Source: a bacterium (lineage in GTDB: Bacteria; UBA8248). From it: a DNA stretch of 18,297 nucleotides. The notes under the pieces were generated by a model. The model saw only the letters and a list, made by a program, of their open reading frames with translations, ran no database searches and was not told the origin of the DNA. The stretch spans positions 1 to 18,297 of the forward strand of contig CBDBZY010000055.1 of assembly GCA_965213685.1 (NCBI GenBank), read 5' to 3'. Within the stretch, counting starts at the first letter, position 1. Each line of letters starts with the position of its first letter. The position numbers and the translations under genes are program-made. Of this stretch, positions 1 to 8,992 are shown one piece after another.

Positions 1-1487
1 GAGGAGCGGATATACGGCATGGTGGAGAACAGGCCGGACTGGTGCATCTCGCGCCAGCGCTCATGGGGGGTGCCCATCGTCGCTTTCCACTGCGCGGATT
101 GCGCCCACGTCGTCGTCGACGCCGAGGTGGCCCACGGCGTGGCGGATCGGATGGAGGAGGGGGGCGCGGACGTCTGGTTTGAAAAGCGGGCGGAGGAGCT
201 CCTGCCCCCCGGCTACGAATGCCCCGAAATGCGGCGGCGCCTCCTTCCGCAAGGAGACCGACATTCTGGACGTGTGGTTCGACTCGGGCGTGAGCCAGGC
301 GGCCGTCCTGGAGAAACGCGATGAGCTGACCTGGCCTGCGGACATGTATCTGGAGGGCAGCGACCAGCATCGCGGCTGGTTCCACAGCTCCCTGCTCGCC
401 GCCGTGGGGGTGCGGGACGCCGCGCCCTATCGCGAGGTGCTCACCCACGGCTACGTGGTGGACGGCAGGGGCAAGAAGATGAGCAAATCCCTGGGGAACG
501 CCATCGCACCCGAGGAGATTATACGAAAATACGGCGCGGAGATTCTCCGGCTCTGGGTGGCGGGGGAGAACTATCGCGAGGACATACGGATTTCCCCGCA
601 GATTCTGGAGCGCATGGCGGAGGCCTACCGCCGGATACGAAACACCTGCCGGTTCCTGCTGGGCAACCTGGGAGACTACGCGGATTTCCACCCGGGGAGG
701 GACGCGGTTCCGCCGCCCGCGCGGATGGAGATCGACAGGCTGATTCTCAGCCGCCTGGACAGGCTCGTCGAGCGCGTGCGCGCGGCGTATGCCGACTATG
801 AGTTTCACCTGGTCTATCATGCGTTGAACAATTTCTGCTCGGTCGACCTGTCCTCCTTTTATCTCGACGTGCTCAAGGACAGGCTCTACATTTCCCTGCC
901 GGACGATGCGGACAGGATGTCGGGCCTGAGCACGATGCATGATGTTCTGGACGGGCTGCTGCGGATGATGGCGCCGATCCTGCCCTTCACCTCGGAGGAG
1001 GCCTATCGCCTCACGCCGAAGGCACACGGCGAGAGCGTTCACCTGGCGCTCCTGCCGGAGGTCGACGCCTCGCGGCGCGACGACGCCCTCGAGGAGAGAT
1101 GGGAGCCGCTCCTGCGCGCCAGGGGCGAGGTGCTCAAGGCGATCGAGCGCGTTCGCCAGAGCCAGGGGAAGGGCAAGGGGAGCTCTCTCAACTTCCGGGT
1201 CAAGCTCTTCGCCGCCGACGGGATGCGCGAGAGGCTGGCGGCTCTCGCCCCGCAGATGGAGGACGTGTTCATCGTCTCGGGCGCCGACCTCGCCGAGGCG
1301 GGGGAAGCCCCGCCGGAGGACGCCTACCGGAGCGCGGAGGTGGAGGGCCTGGCCGTCGAGGTGCGCGAGGCGCGGGGGGGCGAAATGCGCCATGTCGTGG
1401 AAAATCTCCGAAGACGTGGGCGCGGACCCCCGCTTTCCCGATCTGTCGGCGCGCTGTGCCCGCATCGCCGCGAAGGCGCTTTCGTGA
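1..1487 (+). CDS. ileS: Isoleucyl-tRNA synthetase (type 1), 3' portion; starts upstream of window; two apparent +1 frameshifts
   Basis: Frame 1 reads [16 protein letters not shown]. After an extra C in C4 (222-225), frame 2 reads [43 protein letters not shown] (KMSKS), [14 protein letters not shown] and [11 protein letters not shown]. After an extra G in G7 (1374-1380), frame 3 reads [38 protein letters not shown] (1485-1487). Confidence 0.96.
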
Positions 1488-2001
1488 GCGAGCGGCGGGG
1501 GTGGAAGCCTTTTTTTCTGTTCGCCGCTTTTTTTCGCCCTCGCCGACCAGGGGATCAAGCGGATCGTCGATGCGACGCTCGCCCTCGGCGAGTCCCGCGT
1601 CGTCATTCCGGGTTTTTTTCGCCTGACGCATCTGAGGAATCCCGGCGGCGCGTTCAGCGTTCTCGACGACCTGCCCCCCCTGTGGGGCCGTCTTTTTTTT
1701 ATCTGCGCCACCCTGGCGGCCTTGGGATTCGTCCTGTATCTGTATCGCCGCCATCGGCCGGGGAGCCGCTGGGGGGAGGCGGGCCTGTTTCTCGTTTTTG
1801 GCGGCGGGCTGGGAAATTTGATCGACCGGATCGCCCATGGCGAGGTGATAGATTATCTCCTGTTCTATTACGGGCAATACCACTGGCCCGCGTTCAACCT
1901 GGCGGACTCAGGCATCACGCTGGGGGGTGTGCTGCCTGGCGGCCGACATCTTCTGGCAGCCGGCGCCCTCCCCGGCGGATCGGGAGGAAGGCGCGGGCTG
2001 A
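1484..2001 (+). CDS. lspA: Signal peptidase II (lipoprotein signal peptidase); two apparent +1 frameshifts
   Basis: GTG overlaps the ileS stop (GTGA). After T7 (1528-1534), frame 3 reads ALADQGIK..IPGFFRLTHLRNPGGAFS..GGGLGNLIDRIAHGEVIDYL..WPAFNLADSGITLG (LspA DQxxK, NxGxAFS, GNLIDR, VIDY/F and FNxAD motifs). After G6 (1922-1927), frame 1 reads VCCLAADIFW..AG-TGA (1999-2001). ileS-lspA synteny is classic. Confidence 0.93.
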
Positions 2002-2115
2002 GGGTTGCGCCCGACGAACGCGCCCACCCCCTCCCCCTGGGGGGAGCCGGCCGCGCCCGGGCGCATGGACGCCCTTCTTCCTCGCCGGAAGGTCCCCCTT
2101 TCTGGAGGGGTGGGG

Positions 2116-2679
2116 ATGTTCGGACCTTTCTCGTTCTCGGGCGCCCATTCCGCTCGAAACGGCCCCTCGGTAGGTTCGGCGACCAGGGCGCGCGGCTATG
2201 CGCGGCATTATCTGTGGAACACGACCGTTTTCTGGGGCGCGACTTCCCTGGCGTGCATCGCGGCCTTGGGCTTTTTGGCCCTGGGCGAGCACATTGCCGA
2301 GGGGGCGATCGGGCCGGCGGGAGGCTGTCTGGTACGTCGCGCTCTCCCTGCTGGGCGGCCTGCTCCTCTATTCGTTTTGGAGAACCTCCCGCGCCCTCCG
2401 GGACCTGGCCGGGGCGCGCGGCCGCCTTCGAGGGTCGGGGTGGCGTCCAAGGCGTCCAGCATCTTCTGGAACAAGCTGGCCTTTCTGGAGGAGAAATACC
2501 ACCTCGAGATCGTTCGCGGCGTCGGGATGCGCCCGCTGACTCTCGGGAGCGGCGAAATCGTCCAGGAGGGGTGGTTCCTGGCCGCGCAGGGCTACCACGA
2601 CCTCCTCGCTCCCGGCGACCAGGTTCGCGGAACGCTCTATCCCCGAACCCGCGTCATCGACGCCCTCGTCAAGGTGTGA
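2116..2679 (+). CDS. Hypothetical membrane protein (probably two TM helices plus a small C-terminal beta domain); probably three +1 insertions that cancel out
   Basis: ATG 2116 follows GGAGGGG (2104-2110). One hydrophobic segment (VFWGATSLACIAALGFLAL) is in frame 1 and a second (AVWYVALSLLGGLLLYSFW) is in frame 2 at about 2315-2410. The frame returns to 1 near 2440. The stop at 2677-2679 is 4 nt before the next gene. Confidence 0.65.
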   Translation: MFGPFSFSGAHSARNGPSVGSATRARGYARHYLWNTTVFWGATSLACIAALGFLALGEHIAEGAIGPAGGCLVRRALPAGRPAPLFVLENLPRPPGPGRGARPPSRVGVASKASSIFWNKLAFLEEKYHLEIVRGVGMRPLTLGSGEIVQEGWFLAAQGYHDLLAPGDQVRGTLYPRTRVIDALVKV

Positions 2680-2683
2680 GCCT

Positions 2684-3652
2684 GTGTTGTTGGAGGAGCG
2701 GGGCGGGAAGACCCGCGCGCTGACCTGCCGGGAGGGGGCGAAGCGGATCGATTCGTTTCTGTCCCAGAACCTGCCGGAGCTCTCGCGCTCCCGCGCGCAG
2801 GGGCTCATCCGGCAGGGCATGGTTTTCGTGAACGGGAGGGTGGAGCGGAAAGCGGCGCATGGACTGGAGAGCGGCGCGCGCGTTCTCGTGAGGTTGCCGC
2901 CGCCCCGCCCCTCCCACATCGAGGCGGAGGACATCCCGCTGGACGTGCGGTATGAGGATGCGCACCTCCTCGTCGTCAACAAGCCGCCGGGCATGGTGGT
3001 TCACCCGGGCGCCGGTCAGCGCAGGGGAACCCTGGCGGCGGCGCTTTTGCATCGATGCAGGGGACAGCTCTCGGGCATCGGCGGGGTGGAGAGGCCGGGC
3101 ATCGTCCACCGGCTCGACAAGGACACCTCCGGCCTTCTGATCGCGGCGAAAACCGACGCCGCGCACAGAAAACTCTCCGCCGACCTCAAGGCGCGCCGGG
3201 TTCGGCGGGGCTATCTGGCCATCGTCCGGGGGGTGCCCGCGCGCGGAGAGGGGACGGTGGACGCGCCCATCGGCCGGCATCCCGCCCATCGAACGGCCAT
3301 GGCGGTCGTCGGGAGCGGCCGCCGCGCGGTGACCCATTATGCGGTTCTCGAGGCGCTCCGGGGCGCATCGCTCCTCGAGGTCACGCTGGAGACGGGCAGA
3401 ACGCATCAAATCCGGGTGCACATGCGCCACGTCGGGCATCCCATCGTGGGAGACCCGGTGTATGGCCCGGGACGGCTGCCGAGGGGAGCGCGCGCGAAGA
3501 GCCAAAAATCCCCCCGCCCGGAGCGCATCGACAGGCAGGCCCTCCACGCGCACAAACTATGCTTTCGCCACCCCGTTGGCGGAGAAGAGCGGGAGATGGT
3601 GGCGGAGCCCCCGACGGATTTTTTGGACTTGCTGGAGACGTTGCGGCAATAG
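2684..3652 (+). CDS. rluD: RluA/RluD-family 23S rRNA pseudouridine synthase with N-terminal S4 domain
   Basis: S4-like RIDSFLSQNLPELSRSRAQGLIRQGMVFVNG, then VNKPPGMVVHP, catalytic RPGIVHRLDKDTSGL, LETGRTHQIRVHM, GHPIVGDPVYG and RQALHA. Usual position downstream of lspA. The exact start codon is uncertain. Confidence 0.92.
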   Translation: MLLEERGGKTRALTCREGAKRIDSFLSQNLPELSRSRAQGLIRQGMVFVNGRVERKAAHGLESGARVLVRLPPPRPSHIEAEDIPLDVRYEDAHLLVVNKPPGMVVHPGAGQRRGTLAAALLHRCRGQLSGIGGVERPGIVHRLDKDTSGLLIAAKTDAAHRKLSADLKARRVRRGYLAIVRGVPARGEGTVDAPIGRHPAHRTAMAVVGSGRRAVTHYAVLEALRGASLLEVTLETGRTHQIRVHMRHVGHPIVGDPVYGPGRLPRGARAKSQKSPRPERIDRQALHAHKLCFRHPVGGEEREMVAEPPTDFLDLLETLRQ

Positions 3653-3871
3653 GCGCCCGCGCTGTTGCTCCATCCGTCATCGGGATGTGTCGCCCCCCCC
3701 TCCCCCCGCGCGCCATTCCTTGCCTGTTGCGTTCCGGATATGCCATAAGAACCTTTGTTTGTCGGCGCGCGGAGCGCCGCCAGGCCGTTCGCGCCCCACC
3801 CCCCCGTTCCGAAAAGCGCCGGAGGGAGGGGCGAATCCACCCGTTGGAACCTTTTCTTTTGAGGTGTTTGC

Positions 3872-5061
3872 ATGAGAGACGTCGTCATTCTGAGCAGCGT
3901 TCGCTCCCCGGCCGGGGCCTTCGGGGGGGCGCTCAAGGGCATGGACCGCCCCGGAGCTGGGCGTCCGCGTCGCGCGGGAGGCCATCAAGCGGTCGGGCGT
4001 GGAGCCGGCACATTTCGACGAGACCGTCATCGGGCACGGGGTGGCAGGCGGGGACGGGGCCCAATTCCGCGCGGCTCATCTCCGTGGGAGCGGGCCTTCC
4101 CAAAGAGGTGCCCGCCTACACGATCAACAAGCGTTGCGGCTCGAGCGTCAAGGCCGCCGCCCTGGCCGCGCAGGCGATTCGCGCGGGCGACGCCGACGTG
4201 GTCCTGGCCGGAGGAGTCGAGAGCACGACCCACGTGCCTTTCGTGAACCCGGGCGCGAGGTGGGGAAACCGGTTCGGGCACGCGCAGTTCCTGGACTTGA
4301 TCTACAAGGATGGTTATGAGGATCCGCTGTCGGGCCAGCTCATGGGCGTGACGGCCGAAAACCTGGCGGAGCGCTACAACCTGAGCCGGGAGGAGCAGGA
4401 TGCGTATGCGCTCGAGAGCCAGGAGAAGGCCGTGGGCGCCATGAATGGCGGCAGGTTCGCCGAGGAGATCGTCCCGATTGAGACGAGGGGGCGCAAGGGG
4501 GAGGTCGCCCTGTTTGACAGGGACGAGACGCCGCGCGACAGCATGTCCATGGAAAAACTCGGCAGGCTCAAGCCCGTTTTTGACAAAAACGGGTCGGTGA
4601 CCCCCGGGAACTCCTGTTGCCAGGCGGACGCGGCCTCGGCCCTCGTGCTGGCGTCGGGGGAGAAAGCCGATGCGCTGGGGTGCGCGGCCCATCGCCATCC
4701 TGCGCGGCTATGCCTCCACGGGCGTGGAGCCCCGGTTCATGGGGCTGGGGCCCGTCACCGCCATCCCCCAGGCGCTCGCTCGCGCCGGGCTGGCGCTGGA
4801 GGACATGGACTTGATCGAGGGTTGAACGAGGCGTTCGCCGCCCAGGTCATCGCCTGCGAGCGCGAGCTGGCGTGGGACAGAAAAAAGCTGAACGTGCATG
4901 GCGGCGCCATCGCCCTGGGCCATCCGGTGGGGGCTACGGGCGGAAAGATTATGGCGACCTGCCTGAGCGCGCTGCGGCAAAGGGGCGAGCAGTTCGGCGT
5001 TGTCAGCGCCTGCATCGGCGGCGGCCAGGGGGTGGCCGTCGTCCTGGAGCGCGTCTCCTAG
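3872..5061 (+). CDS. Acetyl-CoA C-acyltransferase (thiolase); four apparent insertion sites
   Basis: ATG after GAGGTG. N-terminus [21 protein letters not shown], catalytic [41 protein letters not shown] and SACIGGGQG. The frame is restored by removing one base at about 3946-3947, one at 4038-4041, one at about 4686-4687, and two at 4819-4821. Confidence 0.93.
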
Positions 5062-5107
5062 GCGCGTCGATTCGACAGGTCTCCCGACGCGGGAGGGTGA
5101 GGCGGAG

Positions 5108-5965
5108 ATGAGAAAAGCGATGGTGGTGGGCGCCGGGACGATGGGCGCGGGAATTGCCCAGGTGTTCGCCCAGCGCGGGATTCCGGTGTTTCTGACCGAC
5201 CGCGACGAGGAGACGGTGGCAAGGGCGGTCGCCGCCCTTGAGTCGCGCGCGTCGCGTCGCGTCGCGCAGGGGAAGATGAGCGCGGAGGAGAAGGAGTCCA
5301 TCTTCTCGCGCATCGCGCCCGCTGCGGGCTATGCGGACGCATCGGAGGTGGACATCGTCGTCGAGGCGGTTTTCGAGGACATGGAGGTCAAGAAGGAGGT
5401 TCTGGCGGGTCTCGACGCAGCGGCGCCGGCGCGCGCGGTCTTCGCGTCGAATACGACCTCGCTGTCCATCACCGAAATGGCGGCGGCCACGTCGAGGCCG
5501 GAGAAGGTGGTGGGCGTGCATTTCTTCAATCCGCCCGTGGTCATGAAACTGGTGGAAATCATGCCGGGCCTGGGCACGACCCGGGAGACGGTGGAGGCGG
5601 TGCGCGAGCTGGCCGAGCGCCTCGGCAAGGTGCCCGTCGTGGCGAATTTCGACAGCCCGGCCGGCATCGGAAGCCGGGTCCTCGCGGGGATGCTGAACGA
5701 GGCGGTAGAGGTGTATGCGGGCGGTCTGGCCTCGGCTGCGGACATCGACAAGGCGATGAAGATGGGCGCGGGCCTGCCCATGGGGCCGCTCGCACTCATC
5801 GATTTGATTGGCGTGGACGTGCACCTGGCCAAGACGGAGACGCTGTATCGCGCACTGGGGGAGGCGCGCTATCGCCCCCACTTCCTGTTGCGCAAGATGG
5901 TCCGCGCGGGCCGCCTGGGCCGGAAAACGGGCCGCGGTTTCTTCACCTATGACGTCGAGGGCTGA
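5108..5965 (+). CDS. 3-hydroxyacyl-CoA (3-hydroxybutyryl-CoA-type) dehydrogenase
   Basis: Rossmann motif VVGAGTMGAGIA, VVEAVFED..VKKEV, catalytic HFFNPPVVMKLVE, PMGPLALIDLIGVD and GRLGRKTGRGFFTY. ATG 5108 follows a purine-rich RBS; the ORF-track start at 5000 overlaps the thiolase. Confidence 0.93.
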   Translation: MRKAMVVGAGTMGAGIAQVFAQRGIPVFLTDRDEETVARAVAALESRASRRVAQGKMSAEEKESIFSRIAPAAGYADASEVDIVVEAVFEDMEVKKEVLAGLDAAAPARAVFASNTTSLSITEMAAATSRPEKVVGVHFFNPPVVMKLVEIMPGLGTTRETVEAVRELAERLGKVPVVANFDSPAGIGSRVLAGMLNEAVEVYAGGLASAADIDKAMKMGAGLPMGPLALIDLIGVDVHLAKTETLYRALGEARYRPHFLLRKMVRAGRLGRKTGRGFFTYDVEG

Positions 5966-5981
5966 GCCTGCGGGGTGATGG

Positions 5982-7133
5982 ATGGATTTTGAGCTCAACG
6001 AGACGCAGCGCCTGATTCAGGAGACGGCGGCGGAGTTCGCGCAGAGGCGCATCGCGCCCGTGGCGCGGGAGAATGACGAGAAAGAGCGATTCCCGGCGGA
6101 CATCGTCCGGGAGATGGGCGCACTGGGGATGTTCGGCGGTCCCGTTCCGGAGGAATATGGTGGTGCCGGCCTCGATTACGTCTCCTACGCCATCCTGAAC
6201 GAGGAGATAAGCAAGGCGTGCAGCTCGGTTCGCACCGTGCTCTCGGTGCAGCTCTCCCTCGTCGCCACCACGATCCTCAAGTGGGGGGACGAGGCGCAGA
6301 AGCAGAAGTATCTGCCCAGGCTCTGCTCGGCGGAGTGGCTGGGGTGCTTCGGCCTCACGGAGCCGGACGTGGGTTCCGACGCGCAGCACTTGAAAACTTT
6401 TGCGGAGAAGACCCCGAACGGCTGGAGGCTGAACGGGCAGAAGATATGGATCAGCAACGGGGGCGTCGCGCGGCTGGCGCTGGTGATCGCGCAGACGGAC
6501 CGGGAAAACTCCCGGAAGATGGCGGCGTTCCTGGTGGAGACCGACGCGGGCGGGTTCGAGGCGAGGACGATGCGCGGAAAGCTGGGGCTGCGCAGCTCGA
6601 ACACGGCGGAGCTTTTTCTGGCGAACGTGGAAGTGCCCGATGAGGCGTTGCTCGGAGAGGTGGGCGACGGCTTCAAGATCGCGATGAGCGCACTCGACAA
6701 CGGGCGCTATTCGGTGGGGGCGGGTTGCCTGGGAATCGCGCGCGGCGCGCTGGAGGCTTCCGTTGCGTATGCGAAGGAGCGCCGCACGTTCGGAAAGCCC
6801 ATCGCGGCCCACCAGCTCGTCCAGGAGATGATCGCCCGGATGGTGGTCGACATCGAGGCGAGCAGGCTTTTGCTCTACCGGGCGGGCGAGATGAAAAACG
6901 CGGCCAGGCCGAATACGCGCGAGACGTCCATCGCCAAGTATTACTGCTCCGAGGCGGCCCTGCGCTGCGCGAATGACGCCATCCAGATTCACGGGGGAAT
7001 GGGCTACAGCAACGAGTATCCCGTGGAGCGCTATATGCGCGACGCCCGCGTGGCGACCATCTACGAGGGAACGAGCCAGATTCAGAAGCTGATCATCGCC
7101 GGCCATGAAACGGGAATCCGCGCGTTCTCATAG
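5982..7133 (+). CDS. Acyl-CoA dehydrogenase (short/medium-chain type)
   Basis: MDFELNETQ N-terminus, PEEYGGAG, CFGLTEPDVGSDA, LNGQKIWISNG, KLGLRSSNTAEL, AIQIHGGMGY..EYPVERYMRDARVATIYEGTSQIQ with the catalytic Glu in YEGT. Confidence 0.95.
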   Translation: MDFELNETQRLIQETAAEFAQRRIAPVARENDEKERFPADIVREMGALGMFGGPVPEEYGGAGLDYVSYAILNEEISKACSSVRTVLSVQLSLVATTILKWGDEAQKQKYLPRLCSAEWLGCFGLTEPDVGSDAQHLKTFAEKTPNGWRLNGQKIWISNGGVARLALVIAQTDRENSRKMAAFLVETDAGGFEARTMRGKLGLRSSNTAELFLANVEVPDEALLGEVGDGFKIAMSALDNGRYSVGAGCLGIARGALEASVAYAKERRTFGKPIAAHQLVQEMIARMVVDIEASRLLLYRAGEMKNAARPNTRETSIAKYYCSEAALRCANDAIQIHGGMGYSNEYPVERYMRDARVATIYEGTSQIQKLIIAGHETGIRAFS

Positions 7134-7179
7134 ACGGCCGGCTTTCCCCGCCCTGGAAGGTGCGTTTCCGCAGGTTTGT

Positions 7180-7197
7180 TTGGCGCCTCGTTTGCAT
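7180..7197 (+). promoter_or_regulatory. Putative sigma54 (-24/-12) promoter upstream of gcvT
   Basis: TTGGCGCCTCGTTTGCAT has GG (7182-7183)-N10-GC (7194-7195) and matches the TGGCAC-N5-TTGC(A/T) consensus with one mismatch. It is intergenic, about 95 nt before the gcvT ATG. Confidence 0.6.
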
Positions 7198-7290
7198 TTA
7201 TCCTGTCCGCGAGAATACCAACCCTTAGGAGTTCACCGGATGCGCGGCGCGCGGCCCGCGCGGCGTCCACGCGATGGCGGAGGGCGGCTC

Positions 7291-8412
7291 ATGGCGGATG
7301 GAGAGAGGGCGGCGTTGCGCAGAACCGCCCTGTATGAGGCGCACAGGGCCGCCGGCGCCCGGATGGTGCCGTTTGCGGGCTATGAGATGCCGGTGCAGTA
7401 CGCGGGCGTGATGGAGGAGCACCATGCGGTCCGCAAGGCGGCCGGCCTGTTTGACGTGAGCCACATGGGCGAGTTCGAGGCCCGGGGGAGGGAGGCGGGC
7501 GCCTTCTTTCACAAGCTGGTCACGAACGACGTCTTGCGGCTCGGCGTGGGGCGCGTCCTGTATGCGGCCATGTGCAGGGACGGGGGGGGGATCGTGGACG
7601 ATCTCACGGTCTATCGCCTCGGGGAGGAGCGCTACATGGCCGTCGTGAACGCGGCGAACATCGCAAAGGACTGGGAGTGGATGGCTTCCCACCATACCGA
7701 GGCGTGCGACTTTCGGGATGTGAGCGATGAAACGGCCCTTCTCGCGTTGCAGGGGCCCAGGGCGGAATCCATTCTCGAGAGACTCGTTCCGGGGGGAGGG
7801 GCGCTCGCCTCCATCCCCTATTACGGGGCGGGACGCCGGGAGGTGGCGGGGTGCGCGGTGCTGGTGTCCCGCACGGGCTATACGGGAGAGGACGGCTTCG
7901 AGCTGTATGCCGCCTCCTCGGACGCGCCCGCCCTCTGGGACGCGCTGATGTCCGCAGGTCGGGATGCGGGGCTGCGTCCCTGTGGCCTCGGCGCCCGGGA
8001 CACCTTGCGCACGGAGATGAAATTTGCGTTATATGGAAACGACATCGACGAGTCCACCCACCCGCTCGAGGCGGGTCTCGGATGGGTGGTGAAGTACAAG
8101 GCGGGGGATTTTATCGGCCGGGAGAAATTGCTGGCGCTCCGGGCGGAGGGCGTCCAGAGGAAGCTGGTTGGATTCGAGATGGTGGATCGCGGCATCCCCC
8201 GGCGCGGCGCGCCCATCCTGATGGGTGGCGAGGTGGTCGGCGGCGTCACGAGCGGAACGATGAGCCCCTCTCTTGGCAAAGCCATCGGCATCGGCTACGT
8301 TCCTGCGTCGAATGCGGATGCGGGCACCGCCCTGGAGGTGGACATACGGGGCAGCACCAGGCGGGGGCGGATAGTGAAGACGCCGTTTTACAGAAGACCG
8401 GACGTGAAATGA
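7291..8412 (+). CDS. gcvT: Glycine cleavage system T protein (aminomethyltransferase)
   Basis: LRRTALYEAH..MVPFAGYEMPVQY, GLFDVSHMGE, GGIVDDL, LALQGP, SRTGYTGEDGFE, GLGARDTLRTE..LYGNDI. ATG 7291 has RBS GGAGGG at 7279-7284; the ORF-track start at 7105 is over-extended. Confidence 0.96.
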   Translation: MADGERAALRRTALYEAHRAAGARMVPFAGYEMPVQYAGVMEEHHAVRKAAGLFDVSHMGEFEARGREAGAFFHKLVTNDVLRLGVGRVLYAAMCRDGGGIVDDLTVYRLGEERYMAVVNAANIAKDWEWMASHHTEACDFRDVSDETALLALQGPRAESILERLVPGGGALASIPYYGAGRREVAGCAVLVSRTGYTGEDGFELYAASSDAPALWDALMSAGRDAGLRPCGLGARDTLRTEMKFALYGNDIDESTHPLEAGLGWVVKYKAGDFIGREKLLALRAEGVQRKLVGFEMVDRGIPRRGAPILMGGEVVGGVTSGTMSPSLGKAIGIGYVPASNADAGTALEVDIRGSTRRGRIVKTPFYRRPDVK

Positions 8413-8489
8413 ATGTTGTTTTTTCATGCCGAACAACCAACCAGATAGCCTGAAACTACCATTCTCTTGCGAGGGAGGCGTTTAGGAGC

Positions 8490-8879
8490 ATGGAACTACC
8501 GGGTGGCCTCAAATATTCCAGGGAACACGAGTGGGTGAAAGTGGAGGGGAATGTCGCGTTGATCGGGATAACGGACTTTGCCCAGGCGGAGCTGGGGGAC
8601 GTGGTGTATGTAGAGCTGCCCGAGACGGGCATGGAGGTGGAGGCGAACAACACGTTCGGGGTGGTGGAGAGCGTCAAGGCCGTCTCGGACCTCTACGCGC
8701 CGGTCTCGGGCGCCATCACGGAGGTGAACGGCACGCTCGAGGATGAGCCGGAACTCGTGAACTCGGACCCCTACGGGGATGGCTGGATGATTCGGGTGGA
8801 GATGCAGGACGAGGCGGAGTTGAGCGATCTGCTGGAAGCCGATTCGTATCGGGCGTTCATCGAGGAGGAAAGCGGCTAG
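8490..8879 (+). CDS. gcvH: Glycine cleavage system H protein (lipoyl carrier)
   Basis: [29 protein letters not shown], lipoyl-Lys motif [35 protein letters not shown]. Confidence 0.97.
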   Translation: MELPGGLKYSREHEWVKVEGNVALIGITDFAQAELGDVVYVELPETGMEVEANNTFGVVESVKAVSDLYAPVSGAITEVNGTLEDEPELVNSDPYGDGWMIRVEMQDEAELSDLLEADSYRAFIEEESG

Positions 8880-8992
8880 CCCGAACCGGGGATGTTTCTC
8901 CCTTGCGTTTGCGTGGATTTTTTGTTTCCGCCGAGCCGGAGCGGGAACCGTATGTGCCTGCCTCCGTCCATATCCGTTGAAGGTGCGCCCTC

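Noticed and set aside
179-2173. Apparent 664-aa IleRS with a long Arg/Pro-rich tail or lspA fusion; likewise the 668-aa thiolase ORF (3055-5061) and the extended GcvP and Rho C-termini
   Set aside because: These are artefacts of insertion frameshifts. The canonical termini are present in the neighbouring frames.
3787-3835. GC-rich imperfect hairpin and weak TTGCCT-N18-CATAAG promoter upstream of the thiolase
   Set aside because: Pairing between C-rich and G-rich runs is expected at this GC level, the promoter match is poor, and no known riboswitch signature is present.
7134-7290. Glycine riboswitch expected before gcvT (also checked before gcvH and gcvP)
   Set aside because: The conserved aptamer elements are not present in any of the three spacers.
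8409-8453. 14-codon ORF (MNVVFSCRTTNQIA) overlapping the gcvT stop, in an AT-rich spacer with a GTTGTT/AACAAC stem
   Set aside because: Too short, no RBS, and atypical codon usage. Not supportable as a gene.
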